This document shows positions 35,993 to 50,030 of a DNA stretch of 64,000 bases, one piece after another (positions within the stretch are counted from its first letter, which is position 1; each line of letters begins with the position of its first letter). Made by a program: the position numbers and the translations under genes. The stretch spans positions 1,635,523 to 1,699,522 of the forward strand of contig MU058463.1 in the NCBI GenBank assembly GCA_013265495.1, read 5' to 3'. The notes beneath the pieces were generated by a model. It saw only the letters and a program-made list of their open reading frames with translations, was not told the origin of the DNA and made no database searches. The stretch comes from Vicugna vicugna. Taxonomy: Eukaryota.

Positions 35993-38900
35993 ACAGTAAA
36001 AAAGAAACCATTTTATGTCAAGGACAGCATTTCAGTGAAATAGCTTCACTGTAACTGTAAGATTATCTTGTGGTTGCTGCTTTAAAGTAAAGTGGAGATT
36101 TGGTGATTTTTCAGAGATAATTATAGCCATCAGGGGAGAAATAACTGAGCACTTGACCCACGTAACCATATGAATCCTGTAAGAGCTCATTTTGGCTCCT
36201 CTTTTGCTGATTTGCTGATTTGCCTTTTTTTGCAGGTTAAAAAAAAAATCTTAACTAATTCATTCAGGAGATGTCCCTAAAAGATTAATAATTAGACTTT
36301 TTCTTTATAAACAGTATTAAGAATGAGTGCCATGAGGCTAATTCAAGACCAGAGAAACCAGTTCACTTCAACATTTATTGACTGTCCTCTGTGTGTTAGG
36401 CATCCAGTGTACACAGATCAATGCTTATAATTGAGGGAAAAATGTATTCTTGCTGACCATGGGTGTGTTTTTTCTAGTCTCTTTGGTCTTGGATTCTGAA
36501 GTTCATGATACCAAGTTCCTTATGTTAGCAAAGACATGGAATATTTAACTTGTTTTGATTCAGGTACTGGGTATCATGAAATTTCATCCTATATTGGCCT
36601 AATAATTCAAGCCCAAGCAGGCCAGCTTGAGAGGCCCTGTCTTACTTATTTAATCAAGTTATCCAGAAAATTGTTAAATTTTTCTGTGGGAAGAGGATGC
36701 AGTATGGCCATAAAGTCAGTGTTTGCGTTGTCTTTCGGAAGCAAACACGCAGCAAGCTGCTACAAGCCCATCTTGACAAATATTGGGTTTTCTTATTTGT
36801 AATAAGTCACTTGATTAATTAGTCACTTTATGGCTGATTATTTTTTCTTCCAAAAGCACAGCCTTTTGCTGCCAAGAGTCACCGGAAGTCTAGGAAATGA
36901 TTTACCTGTCAGTATTGTTTAATCTCTCGTTTCCTGTTGGGAGGCTCCTTCTCTTAGGTTAAGAGGTCTTAGTACATACTGTCTCCTGTTTTGTTTTTTT
37001 GAAATCGGCTCTCAAGGAACTATAGAGCCTCCTCAACCAAGACACTGCTATGAGGACCTTCAGTTTCCTCTAAGCTTTCTTGAAAAAGCACAGGGGGTAA
37101 ATTCATTTAGAAGTTATTTACTCTAAAGTTTCACCTATGGGATACTGAATGATACAGTTCTAATACTCTTTCATCTAACTCTGATGGTCTAAAAGGAATT
37201 AAAATATTGAAAAAATTTAGGGCAGGGTATCTTATTCATTGTGTAGGTGTCAAGATTTGTAAAGCACAAGAATTTTGACTAATTAGTTCCTGACTATTCA
37301 TCAGAAAATACCATATGCACTAATAGAACTTTTTTGGTGTAGAAATTATGAGAATCCTCCTTTTTTTTTTTTTAATCACATGAGTAGCTTTCAAAGTATT
37401 AGACAAATTGTATCAGATGCAATGGGGTGTTTATTGAAGAGGTCGATTGAGGCCCTCTTTCTATGGTAACTGAGTCAGTCTCTGATGGTATGACCTAGGG
37501 ATTTGCATTTTTCATTCCACTAGCGATTATGTATAGTTTGAGAATTACTGACCTACAAATTGCTTTCTAATTTAGCTTTTTTTTTAAATGGAGTCCAGTG
37601 TAAAACGTAATTCATTAATTTGAATGTACGACATGGTGATAAACTAGCTGAAATTAGAAGAGGATTTGGTTTTGGTTTAAGTATATATGAAGTTCTGATG
37701 AAAGTTATTTAAAGATAAATAAGGAAAATTGGGTTCCTCAAGAAGCTTCCAATTAACCTATTAAATGCTGAGTTTGTCTGTAAACCAGTATAGAATTCGT
37801 TTTCAGGATTTAAAAAAATGAGACGTTTATATCTAAACAGTTTGAAAACAGCTGGTGCTCACTCTTAACTTCAGTGTATTAGAGTTCTTAAATGTTGCAC
37901 CTCATCAATGAGGTGGAGGACTAATCACGCCAAGTTCTTCATCTCTAAAGTTCATGACAATTCATGTTATAAATGCGAGTGATAATGCAGTGGCCACCGT
38001 TTTGATACTGTGATAGATTAAAAGTATAATGAGACAGAAAGCATTAGCTGATTGCTTAGCATTTAGAGAAAACTTAACTATATACATATATGTATATATA
38101 TATTTGGTTTCTTGCCTTTTTATTTTCTTAGAAACCTGTGCATTCTCTATATTGAGGTTCATTTAAGGATGACAACTTGATTGTTGTTGCTTGAAATAGT
38201 CATGTATGTGTTTTGAAGAGATTTTAAGGCCCTGCCAGATTTCTCCATGTTGGAGCACGCTCTGGGCAGTCTCTGTGAAAGAAGAAAGCCAAAACCAAGT
38301 GCAGCCAACTCCCAGCCAAACTCTTTGCATAATTTCTTTCTCCAATACACTTTGGTCTCAAGGACTGCTTGCCTCCCAGTATATAAGATACCGATGATTT
38401 CAGATAAATGACTTTGCTCTTTGCACAGTGCTGTGAGGTATCTGATAGACAGTTGATGGGTTTGACACTTCTGGACACACAGATCAAAACTTTCAAAGGT
38501 TTAATGGGTTTAGAGTTTCAATTGCAGTTATACCCAAAACTGGCCATTTGCCATCCTCTTAAAGGTGCAAAAGGACCAGGATGTAGGTACTTAAATCTCA
38601 ACTTTGAAAATAAGTTAAACTGTGTAGATCAAAAACATTGCTTGTCATCTTGTGTGCAATATTTTACATTATTTTAGAAAAGAAAAATAAAAACAGGGCA
38701 TTAACTAGTCACACCAATGCTGTATCAGTATCCACTCTTCGGTTTTCAGTATTTGTTAAGACACAAGTTATGTTAATTTCTACTTTAATGAGGCCAATTG
38801 CCTCATTTCTCTGTGAGATACTAAGGGTGAGTCTCTACTGATTGAAGACGAGCAGAATTTTAAAATAAGGCCCATCTAATTTGTCTTAACTGATCATCAG

Positions 38901-41289
38901 AGAGAAGCTTTACGTCAGGAGTATTCAATCACTGGCTTGACCATTCCTGGGAGGATAAAGCTGTCGGACTATATCCTACACTTTGGTCTTACTTGGATGC
39001 CATACCACCTCCTTCCTTACATCATGAGAGTCAGCTATGTGAACAATGAGAGACCAAATGTGAACTCCACTAATGATAGTGCACCGCCGGTCAGAATTTA
39101 AGATATTTATTTAAAAAAAAAGATATTTATTTAACTTAGAGTCTAAAAAAGCAGAGGGAGAAATATATCTAGGATATAATATATATTATATGTATTCCAT
39201 ATAGAAAGAATATAAAAATATATAGAAACACAGCAAATAAGAAGAAAAGATTAGCACTTAAACTTTTATCCAGATGTTTTACATTTTTATTTGAAACTTG
39301 AAATAAAGTTTAAAAACTTTAAATTTTATTTAAAATTCTATTTTGATTGACCTAAAATTTTTTTTAAAGTCTTATTTGGCAACTCACTGATTTTTTTAAT
39401 AAACTTATAACATTATGTATTAATATTATAATAAACTATTTAATAAACTATTATCAAAGGAGATTAGAGGGAAGACTGTTGGCCTTGGGTTCTGGCTTTG
39501 CTAGATGAGGCATATGAGGCTTCAGCATACCTTAAGAGTTTATGTCTCAAAACAGTTCTAATACACAGAGAAGAATAAATAATTTGGCTTAATACAAGGA
39601 AACCCCAACCTCCCTGAATGGAATTTGGGCACCAAAATAACTACGCATTTCAACTTAACTTTTGGGGGGGGAATGCCTACTCCTTACCCATCACAGGGCA
39701 AGTTGATGTAGTGCAAAAGGAAAGGGTTACTGGCTAATGCAAGACAGGACCTTCACAGCAAAGCCACAAGCATGGTGCTATGAAAGAAAATGGGAAAAGT
39801 ACTGTTGCATTCTCCATAGAGGGTTTGCTCTCCAGGGCTTTGCAATGGTTACAGCTATTTTAATAACCAAAGAGTTCTTTGCTGAGGGAGATGGAACAAA
39901 ATTCTCCTTACTCATTAAATAAAACTATGTTCACTATGCTCGTATCTCAAATTCTGAATGAAGTGTAGAGATGTTCGATTAATATTTGGACAGCTATAAT
40001 TTGCTGTTTATTCTCATCTTTATGATTCATGATTCACTACAACTTTTCCCTAAAATGGATTAAAAATACATTTTTAAGATGCACATCTAAGAAATAAGTT
40101 GGAAAGATCTGTTTATTTTTGTTTTTCCAGGTTTTGCTAGAATTTACCTCTTATCATTAACCCATAATTTTAGCTTGCTTCTGTACCAAGAGAAAAATTA
40201 ATACCCATGAAGAACAATTGGGGATAATCAAGCTGAGGGGGGGAAAAAAAGGAAGTGGTTGAGCTTTGGCGCACTCCTGCCCTTGCCAAAAATCAATGCC
40301 TGAGACCTGACTTGGCAGGTCCACGTGGCTCTCAAAGCCCTGATGGCCATCTCTGGCACCTAAATTAATACAACTTCCATTTTTGAAATGATTTTGTGCT
40401 CCAGTAACATCTGGTTTGTTGATTTGCAGCAATAAGGCTTACAGTCAAGCAGGGTCTGGTAAATACCATATTTGTATCATCTCTCATTTCTCCAAGTTCT
40501 TAATAGGCTCTGTGCATACTTCATAGGTTCAGCTTTCCTGCTGCAAAGTAAGCTCAAATATCTGCCACTGGTCATACCAGAAACTCTTCCTGAGATTCCT
40601 GTTACAAAATCATCTTCATAAGTTACAAGCTGCATTTAAAGATGCATATCTAAGGGTCTCTGTCAACATGATAAAGCCCAGTGACCAAGCAGCCTAACAG
40701 GCATCAAGCAGCAGCACAAACAGCCTTTGGATACACATTTAGTACCTGCTCCGTCAGCAAGCTAACGGCTAGGATGTCCTGAGAGAGATTTGTCTCTGAT
40801 CCGCCCCTCTGCTAGTGAGGAGCTGACTCTAGGAGCACCAGCAAACACACAATCAACATTTGCATTCAGGTCTCAGTGTCACCTGGATTCTGACCTGCAC
40901 AATTAGGATATAGCCTGATCGATTTTGTTCCAAACATTCATTAACGCTTACACTTCTAAGCTTAAATTTTGAAACGGATATGTTTACAGATTATGGCTCT
41001 GATTAAGTTATCTGTGAAAAGTCACAAGATAAAAACAAAATAATGTGTCTTCTAGGTCACATGAACAATCAAAACTACAGGCCCAGGGCGCAGTTACTTA
41101 TCACTAGTTTAATATTTTGTGTGTCTTCAGTGTAAAACATGTTACCTTAAGTGGGAGGAAAAAAGCGTTCACTTAGTTCTGTGCTTGTGGACTAGCAAAA
41201 GCAGAAGGATGCCCATAGCTTTTTGGAGGCTAATAATTTAGGACTTAGACTCTAAGTCATAGAAAATGATTGGTAAAATTACCCACTTC

Positions 41290-41496
41290 CTGCCCTGGGC
41301 AGCTGATCCCCCAAGGGGACATTTGGCAAGATCTGGAAATGTTTTTGGGTTTCACTACAGGGGGTGGAAGGGAGGGGCTATTGGCATTTGCAAGTAGAGG
41401 CAAATTGCTAAACATCCTTCACTGGCCAGGACAGTCTTGATATCAAAGAATTATTCAGCACCAAACATCAGCAAAGTTGAGTTTTAGAAACTGCTG
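41290..41496 (+). mobile_element. MER20 (hAT-Charlie)
   Basis: GGGGACATTTGGCAA..TCTGGA..GGCAT..GTAGAGGC..TGCTAAACATCCT..AGGACAG..AAAGAATTAT. Confidence 0.8.
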
Positions 41497-41856
41497 AGAG
41501 GAAGCTAGGGGAGGAGTGGGGAGAATGTAATATATCCTTCAGACACAAGGCAAGGACAGACATCAGCTGTGCAAGAAAGGGTGCGGTCAAAGGACCTGGG
41601 GAGATCTCTGATCGCTTTAGAATGTCCATTCAAAATGCTAAGCCTCTGAAATTCTTCTAGTGGAAAAAAGTCCTATGTTTGTAAATATCTATATATGTCC
41701 ATACATCTACTTTTTCTGTAGTACCTTAAGTCCATGAGCTTTGGAGACAAACTGCTGTACAAATGTCCTCCTCTGTTATCTGTTAGCTGTGTAGCCACAG
41801 GCAAGTTACTTTACTTCTCTAAGCTTACTGTCTTCATCTGAGAGATAATAATTCTT

Positions 41857-43887
41857 TAAAAAAAAATTTTAATTGAAATATAGTTGATTTACAATTCTGT
41901 GTTAGCTGTGTACAGGAAAGTGATTCAGTTATACATATAGATATGTATTCTTTTTCATTATGATTAATTACAGGATATTGAATATAGTTCCCTGTGCTAT
42001 ACAGTAAGATCTTGTTGTTTATCTATTTTATATATAGTAGTTTACGTCTGCTAATCTCAAACTCCTAATTTATCCCTCCCCAACCCCCTTTCCCTTTGGT
42101 AAGTTTGTTTTCTATGTCAGTGAGTCTGTTTCTGTTTCATAAATAAGTTCATTTGTGTCATATTTTAGATTCCACATGTAATTGATACCATATGATATTT
42201 GTCTTTCTCTTTCTGAGTTACTTCACTTTGTGTGGTAATCTCTAGGCCAAGCCATGTTGCTGCAAATGGCATTATTTCATTCATTTTTATGGCTGAGTAG
42301 TATTCCATTGTATATATATACCACATCTTTATCCATTCATCTGTCAGTGGACATTTAGGTTGCTTCCATGACTTGGCTATTATAAATAGTGCTGCTATGA
42401 ACATTGGGGTTCATGTATCTTTTTGAATTATAGTTTTCTCCAGATATATGCCCAGAAGTGATCATATGGTCACTTGATCGTATGGTAAGTCTATTTGTAG
42501 CTTTTTAAGGAACCTCCATACTGTTTTCCACAATGGCTGCACCAAATTACAGTCCCACCAACAGTGTAGGAGGGTTCCTTTTTCTCCACACCTGTCCAGC
42601 ATTTGTTGTTCACAGACTTTGTAGACTTTGTCAGATCTTCATTCCGATAGGTGTGTGGTGCTAACTCATTGTAGTTTTGATTTGCATTGCTCTAATAAGT
42701 AGTGATGTTGACCATCTTTTCATGTGCCTGTTGGCCATCTGTATGTCTTCTTTGGGGAAATATCTACTTAGGTTTTCTGTCCATTTTTTGATTGGATTTT
42801 GTTTTTTATTCAGTTATATGAGCTATTTGTATACTTTGGAAATTAAGCCCTCATTGCTCACATTTTTTGCAAATATTTTCTCCCAGTCTGTAGGTTGTCT
42901 TTTCATTTTGTTTAAGGTTTCTTTTGCTGTACAAAAGCTTATAAGTTTGATTAGGTCCCATTTGTTTATTTTTGTTTCTACTTCTATTGCCTTGGGAGAC
43001 TGACCTAAGAAAACATTTCTACGATATATGTCAGAGAATATTTTGCCTATGTTCTCTTCTAAGAGTTTTATGGTGTCATATGTTATAGTTAAGTCTTTAA
43101 GCCATTTTGAGTTTATTTTTGTGTATGGTGTGAAGGAGTGTTCTAACTTCATTGATTTACATGCTGCTGTCCAGCTTTCCCAACACCACTTGCTGAAGAG
43201 AATGTCTTTTCTCCACTGTATATTCTTGCCTTCTTTGTCAAAGATTAATTGACTGTAGGTGTGTGGGTTTATTTCTGGGCTCCTGTTTGGCTCATTGATC
43301 CATATGTCTGTTTTTGTGCCAATATCATGTTGTTTTGATTACTGTAGCTTTGTAGCATTGTCTTAAGTCTGGGAGGGTTATGCCTCCAGCCTTGTTTTTT
43401 TTCCTTCAGATTGCTTTGACAATTCTATCTTTTATGGTTCCATGTAAATTTTAGGATTATTTGTTTTAGTTCTGTGAAAAATGTCATGGGTAATTTGATA
43501 GGGATTACATTAAATCTTATTTTGATCTATGTCCCTCTATATTCACTTCGGTAAGAGTTTTTATCATGAATGGATGTTGAATTTTATCAAAAGCTTATTC
43601 TGCATCTATTGAGATGATCATGTGATTTTTGTCCTTTCTTTGTTGATGCAGTATATAATACTGATTGATTTGCATATGTTGAACCATCCTTGTGTCCCTG
43701 GGATGAATCCAACTTGATCCTGGTGTGTGATCTTTTTTATGTGCTATTGGATTCGATTTCCTAATATTTTTGCACCTATATTCATCAAAGATATTGGCCT
43801 GTAACTTTCTTTTTTGGTATTATCTTTGTCTAGTTTTGATATCAGGATGATGGTGTCTTCATAGAAGGACTTTAGGAATGTTCCCTC
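41857..43887 (-). mobile_element. 5'-truncated L1 (~2 kb; decayed ORF2 C-terminus plus 3'UTR) inserted in a MIR
   Basis: Minus-strand ORFs MFIAALFIIAKSWKQPKCP.. and ..[22 protein letters not shown] are L1 ORF2p fragments. 19-bp TSD CTGAGAGATAATAATTCTT at 41838-41856 and 43888-43906; MIR sequence on both flanks. Confidence 0.95.
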
Positions 43888-45363
43888 CTGAGAGATAATA
43901 ATTCTTGACCCAAAGGTTGTAAAGATTGAAGAGATATGTGTGAAATATTAACCCTATCTTGGGTGTAGTATGTGGGATCAGGAAAGTTTCATCAGAGAGG
44001 ATGCTGTCTGCAAAGCAACTTGAATGATTCTCTTAAACTGAGGTGATAGGTAGGAGCCCACAGTCAGCCAGGTGTGAAAGAGAAAGGAACTTGTTCTTGA
44101 AAGTGAAAGAAGAAAATAGAATGGACGTAAGCCAAAGGATTGATGAATTTCAAATAAATGTTTCTTTGAGGTTTTAGCACCTAAAAATTGACATCTAATA
44201 AATGTGTGTGTGTGTATACACTCAAGAGAAGTGCATCTTTAGAATTTATTGGTTATAAGTGTTTTTGACATTTCCTAATGGACGTAAATTTGTTTCAAGT
44301 AGCAAACCTTAATCAATTGTCCCACAAAATTCACAAAATCCCTTTGCCACCTAAAAAAAACACACCAAATGAAAACCTATTCTAGGATGCTTCTATAAAT
44401 GAAATTAGCTAGCTTACTCCAGTTTTAATCAGTTTGTGGTATGCCTACTACCTTTTATATTAAGCTGTTTTAAAGTTCTTAGAGAAAAGGTAGGAGTTTA
44501 ATTCATTATAAATAATACTCTGGTTTAAAAAAATGTTGGGTTGTTAAGTTTGAAGATCTGTTCAGAAACCCTTTTTCTTCTTTCTAGATTTATTTTTGCT
44601 TGTTGATAGGTACTAACATGTTATTTTCTTCCCACTCACCTAAGTAGTTGACAGATTGAAACATACTTTTAAAATAAACTTATATTGAAAAAAAAAAAAA
44701 GAAAACCAGGTAAATCCTTTTCTAAAGCAATGAAAATTTTTCATATAAAAAATAACTCCAAATCTGAGTATCCAAATTAAGATAGACATCTGAAAAGGAA
44801 GTGTATAAAACTATTATTGTTAGATATTAAGTACTTCAAAGGTAAAAAATTTATATGGCTTAATAGGAGGAACATGGTCTGTAGAATCATAGACCATGTA
44901 TCTTATGAGGCAAGTTACTTAGCCTCTCTGTGATTAATCTCTTAGTTTCTTCCTTCAAATATGGGATAATAATACATACTTCATGAAAAGCCTGGCAATT
45001 AAATGAGATACTACCCTTTAAATAAAGTACCTGTTAGTAGGGAACTGTTAAATGGACATTGTTAATAATATAGATCAATTTACTACAATTTCTCCATAGA
45101 GACTGCATGCATGTATACATGCATGTGTCTGTGTGTTTGTGTGCCCATATGGATTTTTGCAATATTTCTACTAAAGCAAATAGCTGTGTGAATGGATTTA
45201 TAGATGTTAGTTTCATCCAATGTTAATTTACTTTGAGGGCCCCATCAGAAGGAAGAACTTTAGGAATTCATTCATAGTCCCAAGTACTACATCTTTACAT
45301 TGATAATGTCCTAATTAGATTTGTCACAATGTTACCAATATGGGTGTTTTGTTTTGTTTTTTG

Positions 45364-45368
<5 letters not shown>

Positions 45369-45398
<30 letters not shown>
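45369..45398. repeat. (TG)15 microsatellite
   Basis: Read directly from the sequence. Confidence 0.95.
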
Positions 45399-45401
<3 letters not shown>

Positions 45402-45602
45402 AGGTAGAATTTAGTGGTAGTTATCCATTAGGACAGAGCCCAGAACTGGCATACAAGAGATAGTCAATGACCTTTTGATGAATGAATGAATGAATAAATG
45501 AATGAATTCAATCGAAAGTAAAGGTATACTGAAGGCTTCTAAGAAAGAAAAAGTATGAATAATAATACCTGACAAACATAAATATCAGCTAAGTGGTATA
45601 GA

Positions 45603-46207
45603 TACAGTTCTTCAATTTTAAGATGAACATTTTTATTCTCATTTATGCATCTCTGAAATTAGGAGCATCTTACAGTCGATGGTGATTTACAATTGCCGTT
45701 GGCTAGGCAGCAGTCGTAATTATACTTGTCATTGTTTGCAGCACTTAAACTTGATCATAGCTAATCATATTGCTTCACTCTTATTGAGTTAATATGGATT
45801 GCTAGTTCTACACATTTTAAGTTTAATTGTGTTTAAAGTGTCTTCATGAAACAGCAAGAAAATGATGTTAGCATGTGCCTCAAAGCAAAGCTATTAAATA
45901 CTGTATTATTGGGCTTAAATTTAATAGTAAGGAAAAATATGTTATTGGAGAAATTATAATCTAATTTTTTCATTCAAAAGACAAATGAGTGCCTAAAGGA
46001 CCTAAGAAACAGAGAGACTCAAAAGTAGATGAATAGATGAGATAATTTTCAGAGCCATGTTAAGACGGTATGACTAATTTGCGTATCTCAGTAGGCTAAC
46101 ATTAAGGTTTTGTCATGAATTTATCAGCAGTACTGTCACTTTGTTCATGGTTCAAAACTATCAGTGTCTCTTATAATCCATGGTGTCCTAAATTTTCAAA
46201 AATGGGA
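45603..46207. mobile_element. TcMar-Tc2 DNA transposon relic (Kanga/MER104-like)
   Basis: TAAGATGAACATTTTT..CATCTCTGAAATTAGGAGCATCTTACAGTCGATGG resembles Kanga/MER104 termini. Confidence 0.55.
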
Positions 46208-46559
46208 TAGACATTGGGGACATTTAGAGAAATTGGCAATGTTCAACCACGGTACTGAGGACAGATAAAATTTTGCCTGGCTCTTGAAAAATAGTGAGGA
46301 GGCATTCCAGAAAGCCAAAAATCAGGATTGAGCAAAGTCTCATTCGGGGGAGAATGAATAGACCAGTCTGGCTGAAATGTGTATTCATAAAAAGAAGTGA
46401 AAATGAAGACTGAAAAGATGGATTTAGCCTCAACTCTGAGGAATCTGAATGTTAAACTAAAGAACCTGGATTTTATCCATACATGTCTCCCCAAATCCAT
46501 TTTTGGTCATTCCATAACATTTTCCAATTGACAGTAAGCGTAATCCTTCAAAAGTGTAT

Positions 46560-47120
46560 TCTAAACATTTTGATCCCTTTTTAAACAGATTTGATGACTT
46601 CCTTTTGCTCTTGGAACAGAGTTCCAGTTCTTTCAGGATCCTGAGTTATCTGGTTCCTCCTCACTCCAATACCTATCCTTCAGCCCCTTTCCACCCTAAC
46701 CCTTAGGGTCTGCCTTCTCTCTTTTTATGTCATCAGTTTCATTCCTTCCCTCACACATCCTTTACCAATACTGTTGCCTCTGTGTGGAATATTTTTCCTT
46801 AGCCCTCATCCCATATCCAGTCACCTGCGAAATTCTTACTCTTCCATTTAAGATTCAGTGAAAATGTCAGGTCCCAGGGAAGCTCCTTCTGACCTTTGTC
46901 TAGATAATGTCCCCTTGTAAGTTGCTCTCATATTATTCAGCTTTTTCTTACACAGCACATATTATCAATGTAGCTACATAATTATTTGTGTGAATATTTG
47001 CTTAATCTTTCTCTTCCTTAGACCCTTTTTTATTTGGTTTACAGCTGGATTTCCAAGACCAAGCTCAGCACCTGGTATAGGAGGTACTCGATGAGTCTTT
47101 GATGAATAAATGAATGAATG
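46560..47120 (+). mobile_element. L2 LINE 3' fragment
   Basis: Pyrimidine-rich L2-like body ending CAGCACCTGG..TGATGAATAAATGAATGAATG. Confidence 0.65.
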
Positions 47121-47859
47121 GATTTAATAGAATAAAGATATACTGATGGTGTCTAAGACAGAAAAGGTATGAAGAAGTAGCCATTTTGGAAAACTCAGCT
47201 GATTCTTTCATGTGGAATTAATTGGAAGAGTAAGAATTTAGTTAAAGAAAAACTTACCTCTTCCTCCTTTCATGGCCATTTGTGGGGGCAGCTGTATTTT
47301 TTATTGCTCTCACTTACTTACACACCTATCCTTCCACTGAATGGATTGTAATGCTTTTAAAGACAGGAATAAGAACTTCTTTCTGTCTTCAGCACTTATC
47401 ACAACTCCTGGCACAAAGCAGATGCTCTCTAAATGTCGTTCAAACAAATGGATTTTTACCAACCACAATCCAACCATTATTGAGATCAGTCTATTATGAT
47501 TTTATATGCATACATTTCATATCTTAGATACTTATGACCCTTTAAGATACTTGTTTTTCTCAGCAGAGCAGCCTCTGTATCTACTCCATCAATCAAAACA
47601 GAAATTTGGACTAGCTTTCCTAGTGGCAATGAATTAGATCACAGAATTGGAAAGAGTTTTATCAAATTTCTTGAGCTTTGGCAGTCATCAAATAGAAGCA
47701 GCAACAATTTCTCTTACCAACCTCTCACTACCCCAGAACATTCAACTAGCCTGAAACAAAAGGACCTTATAATGCTTGGAAGAAAGACCCCAATCCAGCA
47801 GAGATACACTTACACACATGAAAGGAAGAGGAAAAAGAGAAAAATAATCTTGATTTCTG

Positions 47860-48015
47860 GTCGTTCTGGGCAGGACTTCTTTAATTTAACTGTGCTCACG
47901 AAACACCTGGGGATCCTGCTAAAAGGAATATTCTTAACAATAGGTCGAGGGAGGGATCTGAGATTCTGCTTTTCCAACAAGTTCCCTGCAGGTCTGCTGA
48001 TCACCCTTGAGCAGT
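47860..48015. mobile_element. MER5A-like MITE
   Basis: CACCTGGGGATCCTGCTAAAA..CTGAGATTCTGC..AACAAGTTCCC. Confidence 0.6.
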
Positions 48016-48019
48016 GAAT

Positions 48020-48359
48020 GGAGTCATGGCGCTCCAGAGAAGTAGAACCAATAGTGTGTGTGTGTGTATGCAGAAAGGGAGATTCGATTTAAGAAATTTA
48101 CTCACATGATCATGGAGGCTGGCAAGTCCAAAATCTCCAGAATGGGCCACGGGCTGAAGACCTAGAGAAGAGCCAGTGTTACAGTTCAAGTCTATAGGCA
48201 TCTGCAGGTAGAATTCCTTTATTGGAAGAGGTCGGTCTTCAGTCTATTAAGGCTTTCAGCTGAGGGGATGAGGCTCACCCACATTATGAAGGGCAATCTA
48301 CTTTACTCAGAATCCACGGGTGCTGTGGCCCAGCCAAGTTGACAGATAAAATTACCACA
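48020..48359 (-). mobile_element. MLT2 (ERVL) LTR
   Basis: CTCCAGAGAA..AGAACCAATAG..GGAGGCTGGCAAGTCCAAAATCT..GGCCCAGCCAAGTTGACA. Confidence 0.8.
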
Positions 48360-48461
48360 AGTAACAAGGATCTGGGGAAACACTTGGTTCTTCATTAGAA
48401 AAGTTATACCTGAATTACTTTGCCTTTAGGCCTTCATCAGTACATCAGAAATTCACTGCCT

Positions 48462-48911
48462 CTATCATAACAAGTGAAATAAGTCAGAGAAAGAGAAATA
48501 TATGATATCATTTATATGTGGAATCTAATTAAGCTGGGACAAAGGAACTTATGTACAAAACGAGTATTGACACACAGACAGAAAAAAACCTTATGGTTAT
48601 GAAAAGGGAAAGCAGAAGGTAGGTGGAGGGATAAATTAAGAGTTGAGGATTCACATGTACACACTACTATATATAAAATAGATAAACAACACGGACCTAC
48701 TGTCTAGCACAGGGAACTATATTCAATATCTTGTAATAACCTATAAGGGAAAAGAATCTGAAAAAATATATATAAAACTGAATATATATACACATATATA
48801 ATGTATATATATAAAACTGAATCACTTTATACCTGAAACTAACCCAACATTGTAAATTAACCATACTTCAATTTAAAAAAGATTTTACAATTCTTTTTTA
48901 ATTTAAAAAAC
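48462..48911 (+). mobile_element. L1 3'-end insertion
   Basis: L1 3'UTR; TSD ATTCACTGCCT at 48451-48461 and 48912-48922. Confidence 0.88.
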
Positions 48912-50030
48912 ATTCACTGCCTGATGACAAAAGAATGAGACTTTTTAAATTGGGATACTAAGCCTCTAGAATTAAGCAGAGAGCTATTTTAAACAATATA
49001 AAATATATTTCTCTTCTGAAAATGGATCTATTTTAAAATATCACTGTGTGTGTAAATAACTCTGTAAAAGAACAATTTAATGTCTAAATGACTTATTAGA
49101 GCTTTAGTGGGTCTCTAGGAAAGCACCGAAAAATTTATTTTGATGCCACACATACATAAACAGTCCAAATCACGTACGCTGAAAATTGAGAGATGGCATC
49201 TCATGTTGGTGCCACCACTGCTGGCTGAATGGCCTTAGGGTGGTTACTTAACATCGCTGAGCATTAATTTACTCACATATAAAAGAGGGATTCAAGCTAT
49301 TCTTTCTGCGGACTCTTTCGTGATTAAAACTATGACATATCTTCTCAGGGTTTAGGATGGTTTGTACAATCGTTGACAGGGGCAAGGGACATCCCCAGTA
49401 TCTGGCACGTGCCTTGGCTTTGCAGTATTTGTGACAAAGTACTTAGTGAATGGCAGCTTTGTTTGTTAAGAAACCACTTCACTTTCTTTAGAGGGTGAAG
49501 CAGGATAGAAATAAAACCATTTTAAAGGAGATTGTCTCTTTTTGCCTGATGTCTTTTCCAGTGTCAAGCACTGGAGTTAAGGTGCTGTTGTAACAATAAA
49601 CTGCTTTTTGAAATAGGAAAAAAAAAAAAGAAATACAACCATTTTAGACTAAATATCATTATGCACCAATGTACCCTATCTCTGTTCCCCCCCCCAAGTT
49701 CTAGACCCAGATTTTAATATGCAAATTGGGGCCATATCTGTGCAATTCATAGCGATTCATTACATTTTACAGGACCCTACTGCTGACTTGTTGCTTTCGC
49801 ATGCATAATCTCATTTTGATTTTTGACCCTCACAGGTAGCTCTGAGATGCTTGTAGGACAGACATTAATAGTTCTATTTTACATAGCAGGAAATTGGAGT
49901 TTCTATACATGAAAGGATTCTGTCCAAATCATATAGCAAGCAAGTGAAAATATATTCAAGCCCAGACTTTTGATTCCAAGTCCCATGTTTTGATCATTCT
50001 TTCTATTAATGCTTGCAAAGAAACATCTCT

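Noticed and set aside
40801..40818. CTCF-like sequences (also near 1261 and 19446)
   Set aside because: Mismatches or spacing errors in the core motif.
42165..43252. ORFs with real protein similarity (also 56132-56371)
   Set aside because: Broken L1 ORF2p fragments or their antisense frames, not host genes.
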